Below, one piece after another: positions 1 through 11,817 of a stretch of DNA of 41,443 nucleotides. The translations under genes were made by a program, and so were the position numbers. Source of the stretch: Penicillus capitatus (Eukaryota > Plantae > Chlorophyta). The notes below the pieces were generated by a model. It was given only the letters and a program-made list of their open reading frames with translations, had not been told where the DNA came from and searched no databases. Where the stretch lies: NCBI GenBank assembly GCA_965649825.1, contig OZ287696.1:2006181-2047623 (forward strand). Reading direction: 5' to 3'. Within the stretch, counting starts at the first letter, position 1. Every line of letters begins with the position of its first letter.

Positions 1-2841
1 ATTTTGGCTAAGGGATACTCGTAGAACATGGGATACAGGTTCGGCCAGGAGATGAAGCAGTTTCCTTGATGGCCCCGTCACGTGCTTGAGCATTGATACC
101 AGAAGTGTAGGCGCTTTTGGATAGGAGGAGAGATGATGCAGTCGATGGCATAACTCTCGAACAATAGTGTCACCGAATTTCAGAACCAGATCCGACACCG
201 AGGCAAACCCAAGGCTCTGTTGAAGCTACCACACAAGAAACGATCCCAGCGATCGCGTATGTTATCCAGGGGTTACTGTGAGTAATGTCTTCTTTGCAGC
301 AGTTTGAACAAAAGGAGAGGGATCCGCACACCCTTCAAGAACGAGCAGCATCCAGGAGTCCATGATGTGACAGCCAGGCTCAAGAAGACAGGTGTTCAGT
401 ACCCAACCTCCGACACGAATCCATTCCATGAGACACCGGATGAGCATCATCCGCGATCCCATTTGATGTGACGTCGCGTTTGGATCTGCTTCACTTTTCT
501 GCAGATCCATTGCATCCACCGTCTGCACAACTCTCCAAACAAATGACGCCAGGTGTGATGATGAAGTCCCATCTTCAACATTACGAGCACCGTAGATGAT
601 CTCGGTAAGTAAACAGATGTGCGTCGTGACAGTCAGGCAACGCTGCGATGCATCCTGTTCACACGTATCCATCAAACCGTCCAAGATGCGGTCCACCAGT
701 ATCTGAAGTCCTGGTACATGAGTACAGTGATACGCTGCTGGTGGTTGGTCATTGAATGCACCAAATGGGATACCTGAAGCAGATATGCGGTTTGTGGCGA
801 TCGCGCTGCTTGCTGACCTGATGCACTGCGACAGAGCTGTGTATGTGTGATGCTCGGTCATAAACACCAGAGCAGGTGGCATCTTTGGAATGCCAGTGGA
901 GAGCAGAGGGCCACGATCTGACACTTTGAGACTTCGGATTCCGTCTGTGCTGCGATACAGTGCATCCATGGCACTGGTGTCAAAGGCAAAGGCCGCGATC
1001 CATGCACGATAGAGACACTCAAGTAGCTGCATGTCATCCAGGACCCACGAAGCAAAGCGATCGCTGCCTGCAAAATGATGTGACCTGATGTCGAGGATCA
1101 TTAGAAAGAACCTGCTACACGTATGGCTACAGTTAGTAGGTGTGCTGATGTTTGCGTGTTTGCTTCTGAGCTTCTGACAGCATCCGCCAAACCTGTGATC
1201 TGCTCCTTGACCAGAGATTCAATAGCAGCCTGTAAGCCAAGTGCGAAATCGCAACCTTTGGGCTTTCCTGACAGCTGCTCCTTCACGTAATCAATGGCAG
1301 ACTGACAGGAACTGGACACCTTAGTCAACGACGGCTCAGTTTCGATGGAGTGATGATGCGAGATGCTCACTTTAGAAAAGGGATCGAGGGAAAGTGTCAG
1401 AAGGACACGTAAGAGATCTTGCACACACGATTGCAAACAGATCTTGCAGTTTTGGATCAACTGACTGACACCTGCAAAGAAAAAGATCTCAGAAATCCTC
1501 CTCCATCGTTTGGCATCGTACAGACCTTCGGCCAAAGCGATTCGCACATTTGTATGAGTATGATGCACGAGTGGGCCGAGACACTGTTCAATCAGCTTCT
1601 CGACCTTTTTGCTGCTGAACTGAAACCATTCCCACGAGCCTACCCTCACCACGATCCTTCCCCAAAATGTGAACCCTTTTGCATGCGTCACCTTCAACAG
1701 CCGGCGATTTCTTGATGTCTTGCATTTGCGATAGATCCGTGTCCTTCTCTGTGTGACTCCCATCTTTGCGCATCCTCTTACTCATTTCTTGCAGTTGAAG
1801 CAGAGGCGATTTACTAGACCACAACGGGATGTTATGTATGACAAGGAAAGATCGCGTTTCAAGGGAACGTACGGTTTCATTGTCTGAGGTGGTACCAAGT
1901 GACGAACGTGCTCATCGTTCAGGACAAAGCATAAGAGGCGTGAAAGGAGGCGAATGGCATCCTCTGTCGTTCGAGACCATGGCAGAACTGCCTCTCTGCT
2001 CTGCACCATCTTTCCTGAAGAGACAGACATCTGGTCACACGCATGCCGAGACCGCCATAAAAGAGTTGTTACCTACGGCACTGAGCAACGCTGAGAGTTC
2101 TGTTGCGGCAGCGGGCAGCACTCCAAACCACAAGGCACGGACGGAGAACACATCCAGCAACAACCGTAACACAGCAAAAGCTCCCTTTGCAACCTCCTTG
2201 TCTCCTGGAAGAGTGATCTGGCTCAGAAACGAATGAGAAAAGAGTGAGATGCCTCGCGGATGTTCTTCATGTATTTTGGCAAAGCACTGGTAAACAGCAA
2301 AGGCAAGGCAGTTGTTTAGGTCTGTCTGGTAAAGAGCTTCTTCGTTCAGTCTCTTCGATTCCCGAATCACCGTTCGCAGCAAGACTGCTAAACACTGCAA
2401 CGTCAAAATCCTGATCTGCAATGCCAAGAGTACAGCATCCAGCGGTCACATCAACCTCACGCACTTCGTTTGTCGTCTGCCTCTTTTTCAAACACATAAG
2501 ATTGAGGAGATGCTGAAACAGCGTCCAATACATTGGTACAAGACTTGTCATATCATTCTCTTTAAGTAGGTGAAGCAGCGTCTCTGCGAAATCACTCTTC
2601 TGTCACTTCATCTTGTGTAAAAGAGTAACTCACCTAGACCCTTTTCCGCCACTGCTTCGCTCCTGAAGACGCTCGATGCGCATTCTGTTGAATCACGTTT
2701 CAATTTTGAAGCAGCGTAGGTTCTCAGGACGTCCATCAGTCGAACGAGAACTTCATGACAGATGGACGGTGGCATCTTCCCCACGGACTGCCATTTCTGC
2801 ATCACACGGAAGACCTGTGTGCGCGAGGCTGTGGAATCCAT
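1..2841 (-). CDS. TTI1: TELO2-interacting protein 1 (TTT complex HEAT/ARM protein), multi-exon, 3' end runs off the window
   Basis: Collinear segments match TTI1: LQIRILTLQCLAVLL..LAFAVYQCF, LWFGVLPAAATELSALL, IRLLSRLLCFVLNDEH, WFQFSSKKVEKLIEQCLGPLVHHTHTNVRIALAE, SQLIQNCKICLQSCVQDLLRVLLTLSLDP, and LGFASVSDLVLKFGDTIVRELCHRLHHLSSYPKAPTLL (about 225-20). Start is ATG 2841 or 2874. Confidence 0.8.
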
Positions 2842-2878
2842 TCCTCCTAGCTCCTCCTTCAAATCCCTCTGCATTTCT

Positions 2879-3256
2879 TCAGCTCGATGAGCACAATGCA
2901 ATTCCAATGGCCACACAGCTCAATCCCGTTAGCAGATAGCCCAGACGAAATCTCTCGCCGAGTGACAGGTCTACGAGGGTGTTCGCGGCGAGGGAGACTG
3001 CGTTTGCGACCGGTGCGACGATACTCAGGTCTCCAACCGTCAGCAATGCCGCAAAGGCCACAGAGCCGCACACGTTGAGTACTTGAGGTACGAGAAAAGA
3101 AGGCGTCGTTAGTAGAAGTCGTACGCTTTGCCACGCGTTTCGTTTCGTTGCGCACTGTGCCAATCGCTTTTCCTTAAGACAAGCGCTGCCAGTTTTGATA
3201 AATGGATTGGTGAAGCCCCAGACAAAGCCGATCACCACCGCAAGGGTCACTTGCAT
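2879..3256 (-). CDS. TMEM234: TMEM234-family small multi-pass membrane protein (EamA/DMT-like), intronless
   Basis: MQVTLAVVIGFVWGFTNPFIK (GxxWGxTNPF signature), PSFLVPQVLNVCGSVAF, DLSIVAPVANAVSL; ATG at 3256, TGA ending at 2879. Confidence 0.85.
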   Translation of the reverse strand: MQVTLAVVIGFVWGFTNPFIKTGSACLKEKRLAQCATKRNAWQSVRLLLTTPSFLVPQVLNVCGSVAFAALLTVGDLSIVAPVANAVSLAANTLVDLSLGERFRLGYLLTGLSCVAIGIALCSSS

Positions 3257-3324
3257 TGCAAAGCGTACGACATCATTGTGGTCGCATACTAATGATATCC
3301 ATACATGCATCTCTCTTCTATCCA

Positions 3325-4564
3325 TCAATCAATGAACAGATGTCGATCGGCATTATTTGGTGTACATTCCAGCCCAGGACTCTGATCAAACGACGAAAGC
3401 TTGAGTAATCGACGCGCCTAAAACGAAGAAAAGTATGATCTATAAGCGAATAAAAAGAGTGAATGCGTGAACCTTCATAATGAGACCGCGATACGTCAGG
3501 GAGTGCAATTCTTGCGCAGAATAACTTGAAATGATATGTACGAGAGAATGCGTAAACACACCAAACGACCGTCCTTCCGTGTCTACAATGACGCATGAAT
3601 GTCTGTCTTCATGCAAAGTGTGAGATGTCACACAAACATACCTGTAACTTCGTACGCAGATTCGTACGACTGACATGCGGATACTAGAATAGCTACAACA
3701 CACAAAGTCCTCGTTTTTCAAAGGATGATCGATAATCATTTACGAAACCTGGATCGTCAATGTCGGAGTGAAATTCCACGTCGTCTTCATCGTCCGCAAC
3801 TACCAACAGCACTCCATCATTTTTAAGCACTCGAGTGGTCTGGATACAGACCGGCATTCAGAGCATCGATGCTCTCTTCTCTCATGGCGGCGAAAGTCTT
3901 TTGCGATATGCAGCGATCTCGTTTGTCTGCTGCACTGCGGAGGATTCTTATCTCGGCGGCATCTTCTTGAGCACCGTTCTCCGAAGCCTCACTATCTGTT
4001 GTCCGTCCTTTAACTGCGATACGGCGATGATCGAGAAGACCACCACTCCGACTGCAATCAGCGACCATTGTGAATTTGACACCTGGTAAATCGCCACATC
4101 TATCAAGCATCTCATCCCAACAATCATTGGTGACCTGATGGAAGATCTGATACAATGCCTCGCAACTCATCGTCTGTGATGAGATTGAGATCGCTTGGGA
4201 CGATCGTCTCGTCGAGACCATCGTCTTCGTCATCACCGTTTTCGTCTGCAGGCACTTGAGCGCCATAACCGCTGAAATGAAAGAAAACGACATCTCCAGG
4301 CTGGGAGGCTTTGACAATGCGTCGCAGCTCCCGTTTAATGTTTTTGCCAGTTGGCCGGCCTACAGAATCGTCCCCTTCGTCGACGAGACGCGTCACGTTT
4401 CCATCTTCAAATCCAAAAGTGCGAGTGAGCACACGGCGCCAACAGTCGACGTCCGCCACGCATCCCTTCAACGCTGTTTTTGTGCTTGGATAGTTACAGC
4501 CAACGAGCAACGCGCGTCGTGTGTTTGAGGCGTTTTGGGCCTCGCGAGAAGACTTGGCACCCAT
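3325..4564 (-). CDS. Type II metacaspase-like protein with substituted catalytic dyad (probable pseudopeptidase), 6 exons
   Basis: p20: RRALLVGCNYP..LKGCVADV, PGDVVFFHFSGYG, DGLDETIVPSD, KFTMVADCSRSGGLLDH; acidic linker; p10: ILVSACQSYESAY, GRSFGVFTHSL, ARRLLKLSSFDQSPGLECTPNNADRHLFID*. Joined by GT-AG introns of about 50-60 nt. Confidence 0.9.
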
Positions 4565-4615
4565 CAGATTCGACACGACTTGTGCTGTCGGTTAGTGTAC
4601 GAACACAAGAACACT

Positions 4616-5979
4616 ATGCACGTCATCTCCGCGGCCGGCCGCGGCCAAACACTCGGACGCTGTATCGGCGTTGATGGCTCTCGTGTCACGCCACTCTTTT
4701 TCCATCAGCAACGGGACGCGCCCCGGAGGCACTCGATTGTCTGTCGAGCAAGATTCGACGAAAGCACGTCGGTTGAACTGTCGCCGTTGCGAAATGGAGA
4801 CGAAAAAATCGTGGCAGAGATGAAAGAGAAAACGCGAAGCTGGACGTGGCGGGACAAAAGCATTAACTACTTGGTCTGATCGAACGCATGCACGCAGGCA
4901 CACACGGTTGGGATGAGACGTGCATCTGGAATGTAGATCGTTGGAGAGGGACCCCCTGTGCTCCTCGTACACGGCTTCGCCGCATCCCTCCTGCATTTCC
5001 GACAAAACATCCCCGTCCTGGCACAGTCTTACACCGTACAGCATCCACGCTGCCTCATACCTGGCTCTTGTTGACAAGGAGTGATGTGGATGGAGGTTTA
5101 TGCTGTGGATCTGCTTGGATTCGGAGGATCTGAGAAAGCGCCTGTTAAGTACAGTATGGAACTCTGGCGTGATCTGATCATCGATTTCGCAACGGAATGG
5201 ATCGACGCACCTTTCGTCATCGTCGGCAACTCCATCGGCAGTTTGGCCTCTCTCATGGTGACATCCTTCCTCTATCTCTGACACGATTACACCACCTCAA
5301 TGCCATTCTTAGGCCACCGTCAAGATGCAGGAGCGAGTCATAGGCATTGCGCTGCTCAACTGTGCCGGTGCGATGAACAATAAAGGCCTCAAAGACGACT
5401 GGAGGATTCGTGTGTTCTTGCCGGTCTTTTTGCTCTTTGATCTCTTGCTTTCGATTCGGCCCATTGCCCAATACCTCTTCGATCGTTTGGCAACAGAAGA
5501 GACCATTCGATCGGTTCTCACCAATATCTATCGCAACAAAGAGGCGGTAGACGATGAACTTGTCAAGATCTTCTTAGCCCCTTCCCAAGACGAAGGAGCC
5601 CTCGATGTCTTCGTCTCCGTCCTAACAGGTCATCACCTATCCTGATTCCCACTACCTTGTCCGAAACCAATTCAGGTCCTGGAGGGCCGCGTCCACAAGA
5701 TGTGGTGCGGCAGATCGAATGTCCCATGTTGGTCTTATGGGGAAAAGAGGATGTCTTAACGCCATTCGACAATCCCGTCTCCAATTTCTTGAAGACATGG
5801 TCAGGGGCTACCTATATTCCTCTATCAGGTAACGCCTCTTTTTTCGGCTTCTCGTCGGATAACCATTTTCAGATACTGGTCATGCATTGCACGATGATCG
5901 TCCAGAGAAAGTCCATCAACATCTCCTTCCTTGGCTTGATCAAACATACACATCTCAGTCCAGTTGCGGAACCTCTTAA
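4616..5979 (+). CDS. CLD1: Plastid alpha/beta hydrolase, chlorophyll dephytylase 1-like
   Basis: Transit-like N-terminus; VYAVDLLGFGGSEK; nucleophile elbow GNSIG; NCAGAMNNKGLKDDWRI; EGALDVFVSVLTG/PPGPRP; LVLWGKED; GHALHDDRPEKVHQHLLPWL; TAA at 5977-5979. Confidence 0.8.
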
Positions 5980-6100
5980 CACGGATAACAGAAAACTCAA
6001 GCCTCTCAACGAAAGACGTTTTGCTTTTTACAGTTACTCTCGCTGGGCTGCGATGACGATAGATGTTTGTCAACAGCGAGAATCCCACCCACTTATTCTT

Positions 6101-6697
6101 TTAACGCATGTTTGAACATGCATAAACAAACTGATTAAAATCCAAACATATGCGCCCTTCGGAGTGCGGATCGAATGCAGAAAACGTCGCGGCGGCACTC
6201 TTAAGGAACAGTGTCATGGCGATGAATTCCGCGAGGCCCAATTGTCCATTCCTATCTGGATCAAACGCCCGTACCATAGCGTAGAAAGCATGTTCATCCA
6301 GGTTAAATCCTGCATCGCACACAATGATTATGACGACTCAGCAATCAGATGTGTGACCAGCATGCGTGACAGCTTGATAGAGTTCGTCCGGAGTGAGAGT
6401 GCCCCCTCTGTCTCGGTCGAAATAAGTAAAACTGTTTTGCATATCCACCAGAAAGTTGTGCAGCTTTCGAAATTCTTCCAGGTCAATCTCGCCTCGACCG
6501 TTCGTGTCATGTACGCGTATCATATGCGCGACGGTGCTCAAACTGAAGTTCAGATTGCCCATCGCAAGTGCCTTCTGCAGTTCGTGGACCGAAATCTTTC
6601 CGCTGCGATCTTCATCAACGGCTCGAAACCACTAAACACACAGCATATGTCGTTGGCTTACTCAACGCCGCTCTCGTACTTGTTCGAGATGTGCCAT
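6101..6697 (-). CDS. Penta-EF-hand calcium-binding protein (ALG-2/peflin family)
   Basis: EF loops DEDRSGKISVHE, DTNGRGEIDLEE, DRDRGGTLTPDE, DPDRNGQLGLAE, DPHSEGRICLDFNQF; ATG 6697; two introns. Confidence 0.85.
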
Positions 6698-7033
6698 GAA
6701 ACAGTCAAGAAAGGAAGATGTCTACGTCTGAGAAAATGACGTAACAAAGCATTGTCGTCATCGATTGTGACGTTTGCGTTGAAAATGCTGTTTCGGCGTC
6801 ACATCACAAACAATGACCTAAATGCGCTCAGGTTCACATTCACAGGGCAACAGTCTCATGATACATACGATTCGGCTTCGTGGCCCCTTGTCTGACAAGA
6901 CGGCTGACTGATAGAGGCATGAGGAAAGGCGCTGAAGATTCGGATTCGACTTGTAGGGGAGGGATATCCCTGAGCATCGGTCACATTCATTCGTGTCATC
7001 TCGGAGCAGAGGCAGAACGAGAGCATCCTTTCG

Positions 7034-9516
7034 ATGGCATTTGAGTTTTTGATCAAAGCTGAAGAAGGGAAGACGTTGGAGAATGGCATCACCACGTCGC
7101 CGGTTTTTCGCTCGACGATATCCGACGGGGATTTGCTAACGGACCTTGAAGGCGACCGCACACTCTTTGAGATCTTCACACGCAGCTGCGAGACCTATGC
7201 CGCACGACCTCTTCATGGAAAACGCGAGAAAAACACTGAAGACGAGGTCGGTGACTACGTCTGGCAGACTTACGCGTGAGAAACGCCATTCTATGCGATA
7301 TGCGGCGCCGATTTTTGTCTCTGTCTTTAAGCGAGGTGCAGGAAACGGCGTTTCATGTTTCGAAAGGCATGCGGCTGCAAGGATGCGAAAGCGGTGCTAG
7401 AGTTGGCATATATGGACCCAATTCTCAACAATGGACTCAAGGAATGCTGGTCGGCAGCCCCGAATTATGGGAGATCACCAATGGCCATTCTCTCTTGTGT
7501 CGCCTAGGCGTGTTTGTATTTTTCCGCCGTGTGCGTGCCACTGTACGATACTCTCGGGCCGGATGCCGTGGAACATGCGATCCTCCACGGAGAGATTGAG
7601 TTTATCTTCGTATCGGAGAAACACTGCAAGGCATTGGGCAATGTGGTAACGCACATGGGAACAAAAGCCAATCAGATTCGCGAGATCTGTTGGTGGTCCG
7701 ATTCCAATGTTCCGGAATCGGATATCACGGATGCCACCCAAGTGATTCGGAAAGGCAAAAGAGTGAGATGTGTGTTCGACTTTGGCATGTTTAGATATTT
7801 ACGAAAGCGGGAATCCAAGTGGAGAGCTGGACGGATCTGATTCAACGGGGAAAGGCAACACAGGCAACGGCACTGCAGAATCCTGTCCCGGCCACAGATC
7901 CAGCATCGATGGCGCTTTTGATGTACACCAGCGGAACGACAGGTTCTCCTCCGCGAGGAGCGAAATGCGTGTGACCATCTGACTCCTTGCAGGTGTTCCC
8001 AAAGGCGTCGTCCTTTCACAGAAGGCCATCACATCGACAGTCGCCTCTGCCGTCAGATCACATGTGTCCTTGACGTGATCGAGCATTTGTGCGGTGTCTG
8101 AACAGGTCGCTTACTTAAGGAAGATGCATCTCCTTCCTGAACAGGCTGTGCATTTGTCGTGGCTGACCTGTGCCCATGTCTATGGCTTCGTAATGGAAAT
8201 CGTTTGCATTGCGGTGGGAGGGAAGATCGGTTACTGGCAGGTGTCCTGCGTTGCGAACGGCTGGTCTGGAGATGACGGCTGTGTGATGCAGGGCAAAGTG
8301 GACAAGCTCATGGACGACATCGCCGCACTGAAACCAACTCAGTTCTTCGCCGTTCCACGTGTCTGGACACGCATCATGGACACAGCGACGCGGAAAATTG
8401 AAAGCAGAGGAACAGTTACCAAGTGTGTCGGATGCAAACCTTTTCCGTCTTCTCTTGCAAACGAGTGGCGATCATAGATATCTCTACGACTCAGGCTACT
8501 CTTACAAGAAATCTGTCCTGGAAAGTGGATCGCAGGGAGGTCTATTGACAGCGGGTTTGGATTATCTCCTTTTCTCGAGAGTGAAACAAGCACTCGGAGG
8601 ACACGTCATCTTCGTCGGCTCCGGTGCAGCACCTCTTCCCCGTCATGTCGAAGAGTTCCTCAGAGTGTCGCTCACTGTCCCCCTTATGCAAGGTACTTCC
8701 AGCACCGTTCGTGGATGATGATATGACGGGAGAGCTTCAGGCTATGGACTCACCGAGACCTGCGCACTGACCTGCGCTTCTCATCCGAATCATCACGATC
8801 ATCTCGGAACGGTGGGAGCTGTCATGCCGTGTGCCGAACTGCGCCTTCAGAGTGTTCCTGAGATGGGCTACGACGCACAAGGCTCTGCCCCTGCCGGCGA
8901 AATCTGCTTCCGTGGACCCTGTCTCTTCTCCGAATACTACAAGAACGCGGAGGAGTATCGGAAAGTGGTTGACAGCGACGGGTTCTTCCACACAGGCAGG
9001 TCACGCATTCTGTATCTCTCTTACCGACGTCGGCCTTCAGGGGACATCGGCGAGATTCAGCCGAGCGGTGTCATCAAGATCGTCGACCGGATCAAAAACA
9101 TCTTCAAGCTCTCTCAAGGAGAGTACGTCGCCGTCGAGAAGATCGAGTCTGTGCTGCAGCAGGCATCGACGGTTGGACAGATCTGGGTTTACGGAGATAG
9201 TCACCAGCGCTTTTTGGTGGCCATCGTCCATCCAAATGTCCACAAAGTCGGACACCTCCTGCACGACAGTGCCTCTCTCGACGAGATCTGCAAGTCGGAC
9301 GCCGTGAAGGCCGAAGTGCTGAAGGACTTGACGGAGACGGGCAGAGCTTCTGGACTGAAGGGATTCGAACGCGTGCAGAATATTGGGCTGGTAACTGAGG
9401 AGTTCACGGTCGAGAACGGACTGATGACGCCCTCCCAGAAACTCAAGAGACACGATCTCCTGAAGCGCTACAAAGAAACCATCGACGCTCTTTACAGCGA
9501 ATCGAGCACGTCTTGA
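7034..9516 (+). CDS. LACS: Long-chain acyl-CoA synthetase (AMP-binding), multi-exon
   Basis: VCVPLYDTLG, YTSGTTG/VPKGV AMP-binding motif, FFAVPRVW, SGAAPL, QGYGLTET, GEICFRGP, FHTG/DIG, IVDRIKNIFKLSQGEYVAVEKIE, NGLMTPSQKLKR. Confidence 0.95.
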
Positions 9517-9530
9517 AACAATGACAGCCA

Positions 9531-10657
9531 TCACTGAGACGAATGTAACGACAACAGTTCGTCTTCTATGGGATGCAGCTCCCCAGTGATAACGAGGCTA
9601 TGTAATGGTGCGCCGAAATCGATCCTCATGAGTTCAGACAGCGTTCCGAAGTGCACGCGTTGATCAGGCGAACCCAATCGGGCAATGCCAACACACAAGG
9701 TTTCCGGACCGTATGCCTTCTCTCCTCTCATCTCCACGATTTCCAGTAGCTGTTGAACGGCCTGCGACAGAAGTGCTTTAAAGTCACATCATGCGATCCG
9801 GAGGCACGACCGTCTGGATGGTCATGTATCGTGGTGGCTCATATATCTTCTTTCCCCTGCACAGCGCCTCTTCAGACGGTTCCTTGACCTTGATATCCAA
9901 CAGGCACAATGTGTGCAGTCCTCTCGAACGATTCGCTGCAATCTTTTCATAGAAGCTGTCCGGCCTCCAAGTAGGAGTGAAAAAGACAATGGAAACGACC
10001 TGAGCACAAAACAAAGGCTATTTAGCATTTGAGTGATAGAACATTGCATCACACTTCTCCAAAACGATACAGTTGCAGACCACATGCACCGACAGCATTG
10101 AGAATCGAAGCGTTGTGGATGATCTGCACTTCGATATCGAGTGATCGTGCCCTTAACTGCAGATCTGAGTGTGTCGTCGCCCTACATAGCTTTTGTCACC
10201 CTATCATGCTCGTCGATCAGAAAAAGCGATGACCCAAATGGATCGCCTACCACCAAGAACGCCACTGTTCCTTGAACTGCCTGTTGTAGAATCGCATCGA
10301 CTCCCTAAAATCCACTCTCCCCGTGACACAGATCTGACGGAAACACAGGAACAACCGTCTCCACCGTCTCTCTGTCGAGCAAAACGACAGGCTTCTCGTA
10401 GAGTTTCTCCTAGACAAGGCCAGGGAGGGAGGATATTAGTCGTCTCGTCTTCCGGAACGTCGTGTCTACGAGCCGTTCTTTGGGACAGGTCAAGACAGAG
10501 GTATAATTCTCCAAATACACATGATCGGACGCACGCACTGCCTCTAGTCCTCTGATTCCAAACAAGCAGCGTCTATCGTCTCTGTTGTCTCAGGGACAGA
10601 CCTAAGCGTGATATCTTGTTCATCGCAGAGCCCAATACCGATAAGATAGAGCACCAT
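9531..10657 (-). CDS. DPH5: Diphthine methyl ester synthase
   Basis: [17 protein letters not shown]; [19 protein letters not shown]; [14 protein letters not shown]; YEPPRYMTI; [13 protein letters not shown]; [19 protein letters not shown]. Confidence 0.95.
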
Positions 10658-10713
10658 CGGCGAACTTATTCGTGATGTGACGGCTGGGCGTGAGAGAGAA
10701 AGGCGAGCATCAA

Positions 10714-11817
10714 TTAACATCGATTCCAAGGAAAACACAATGGATCTGTCCAAACGAAAGACTCTCCGTTTGTAAAAGTGAGATGACCACGAGCGTTCTG
10801 CACTTTCTTTTGGACAGCGTGGGTATCAGGGTAACCATAGAAAGGCACTCCCAATCTCCACAGCTTCCATGCCTGGTAATAGATCCAGAAGGCCACTCGA
10901 TGCGGCTGAAATCCAAATCTGCAAAGACAACGTCACACATTACTCCTGGGTCTTAAATGATGGGCGGACTTCAGAAGAGTTCTGAGACCACAACGTTCGC
11001 TGCGTCCCTGTTTGACACTGCGCTTGACGTGTAAGATGGCTTCGAAGAAGGGACCCATTTCCGGATGACGTGCACGCACCGACAGTGTGAGATTATCTTC
11101 GCGGATATCGCTTTGAAGTGTCCAGGAAGATTCCATGTCCATGAAGGGAGACACATGCAAAGCCTTGTCCACCGTTTCACCTGTTGGATCAAAGGCGAAG
11201 CGTACCCGTGCACCCCATGGCGTATTCGTCACCTAATTTCCTTCGACGATGAACACAGAGATGCCCCATAAGCTGAACATCCACTCACCTCTGCGATGCA
11301 CTTCTCCAATGTGTCATAGGGAGAGTAGCAGTAGTAGACGCTGATGGGATTCTGCACGTAGCCGCATGAGGCAGGACTCGTCAAGAGTCTGACCGGACCT
11401 GCCAACGACGCGTCTTTCTTTTTGTGAGGGTGCGCAGGAGGTACCTTCCGTGCCGGCCATTTTGCGGACCTCCTTAGCAGACCAGTGATCTCTAGATTGC
11501 GATGCAAACCAGGAAGGGGTGTTGTCCAGGTCGATACACGCCAGTCGGATGGGGTACCTACATCAAGAAATTGGAGAGTGGATGAGAAAAGATCAGGCTC
11601 ACGTAAACGTGTTCTCCACTGGCTTCCGACGCCTGTGCACCACGGTGCCTTCGTAGAAGTCGCACGTGCCATCGGTGTCAAGATCCGACCTGCCGCAGAA
11701 GACAAGGCAGCAGGACCACAGGATAGCTGGAATCGCCGTTAGTATGCTGCCCAGCGCACAGGCCATGCTCAACAAAAGGGACACTGCCTGGCAGAGCAAA
11801 AACACCAATTCCTGCAT
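10714..11817 (-). CDS. DUF1365 family protein with N-terminal hydrophobic segment
   Basis: FYEGTVVHRRRKPVENTF, GPVRLLTSPASCGYVQNPISVYYCY, IAEV/TNTPWG, KALHVSPFMDM, AFWIYYQAWKLWRLGVPF; ATG 11817 (MQELVFLLC). Confidence 0.85.

Noticed and set aside
3325-4564. Metacaspase as a pseudogene
   Set aside because: There are no frameshifts or premature stops, all introns are canonical, and p20, linker and p10 are complete; only the catalytic positions differ.
9544-9548. TGTAA as the general poly(A) signal
   Set aside because: It was seen after LACS but not noticed shortly after CLD1, HO1, MBOAT or CPR, so it is not annotated as a regulatory feature.
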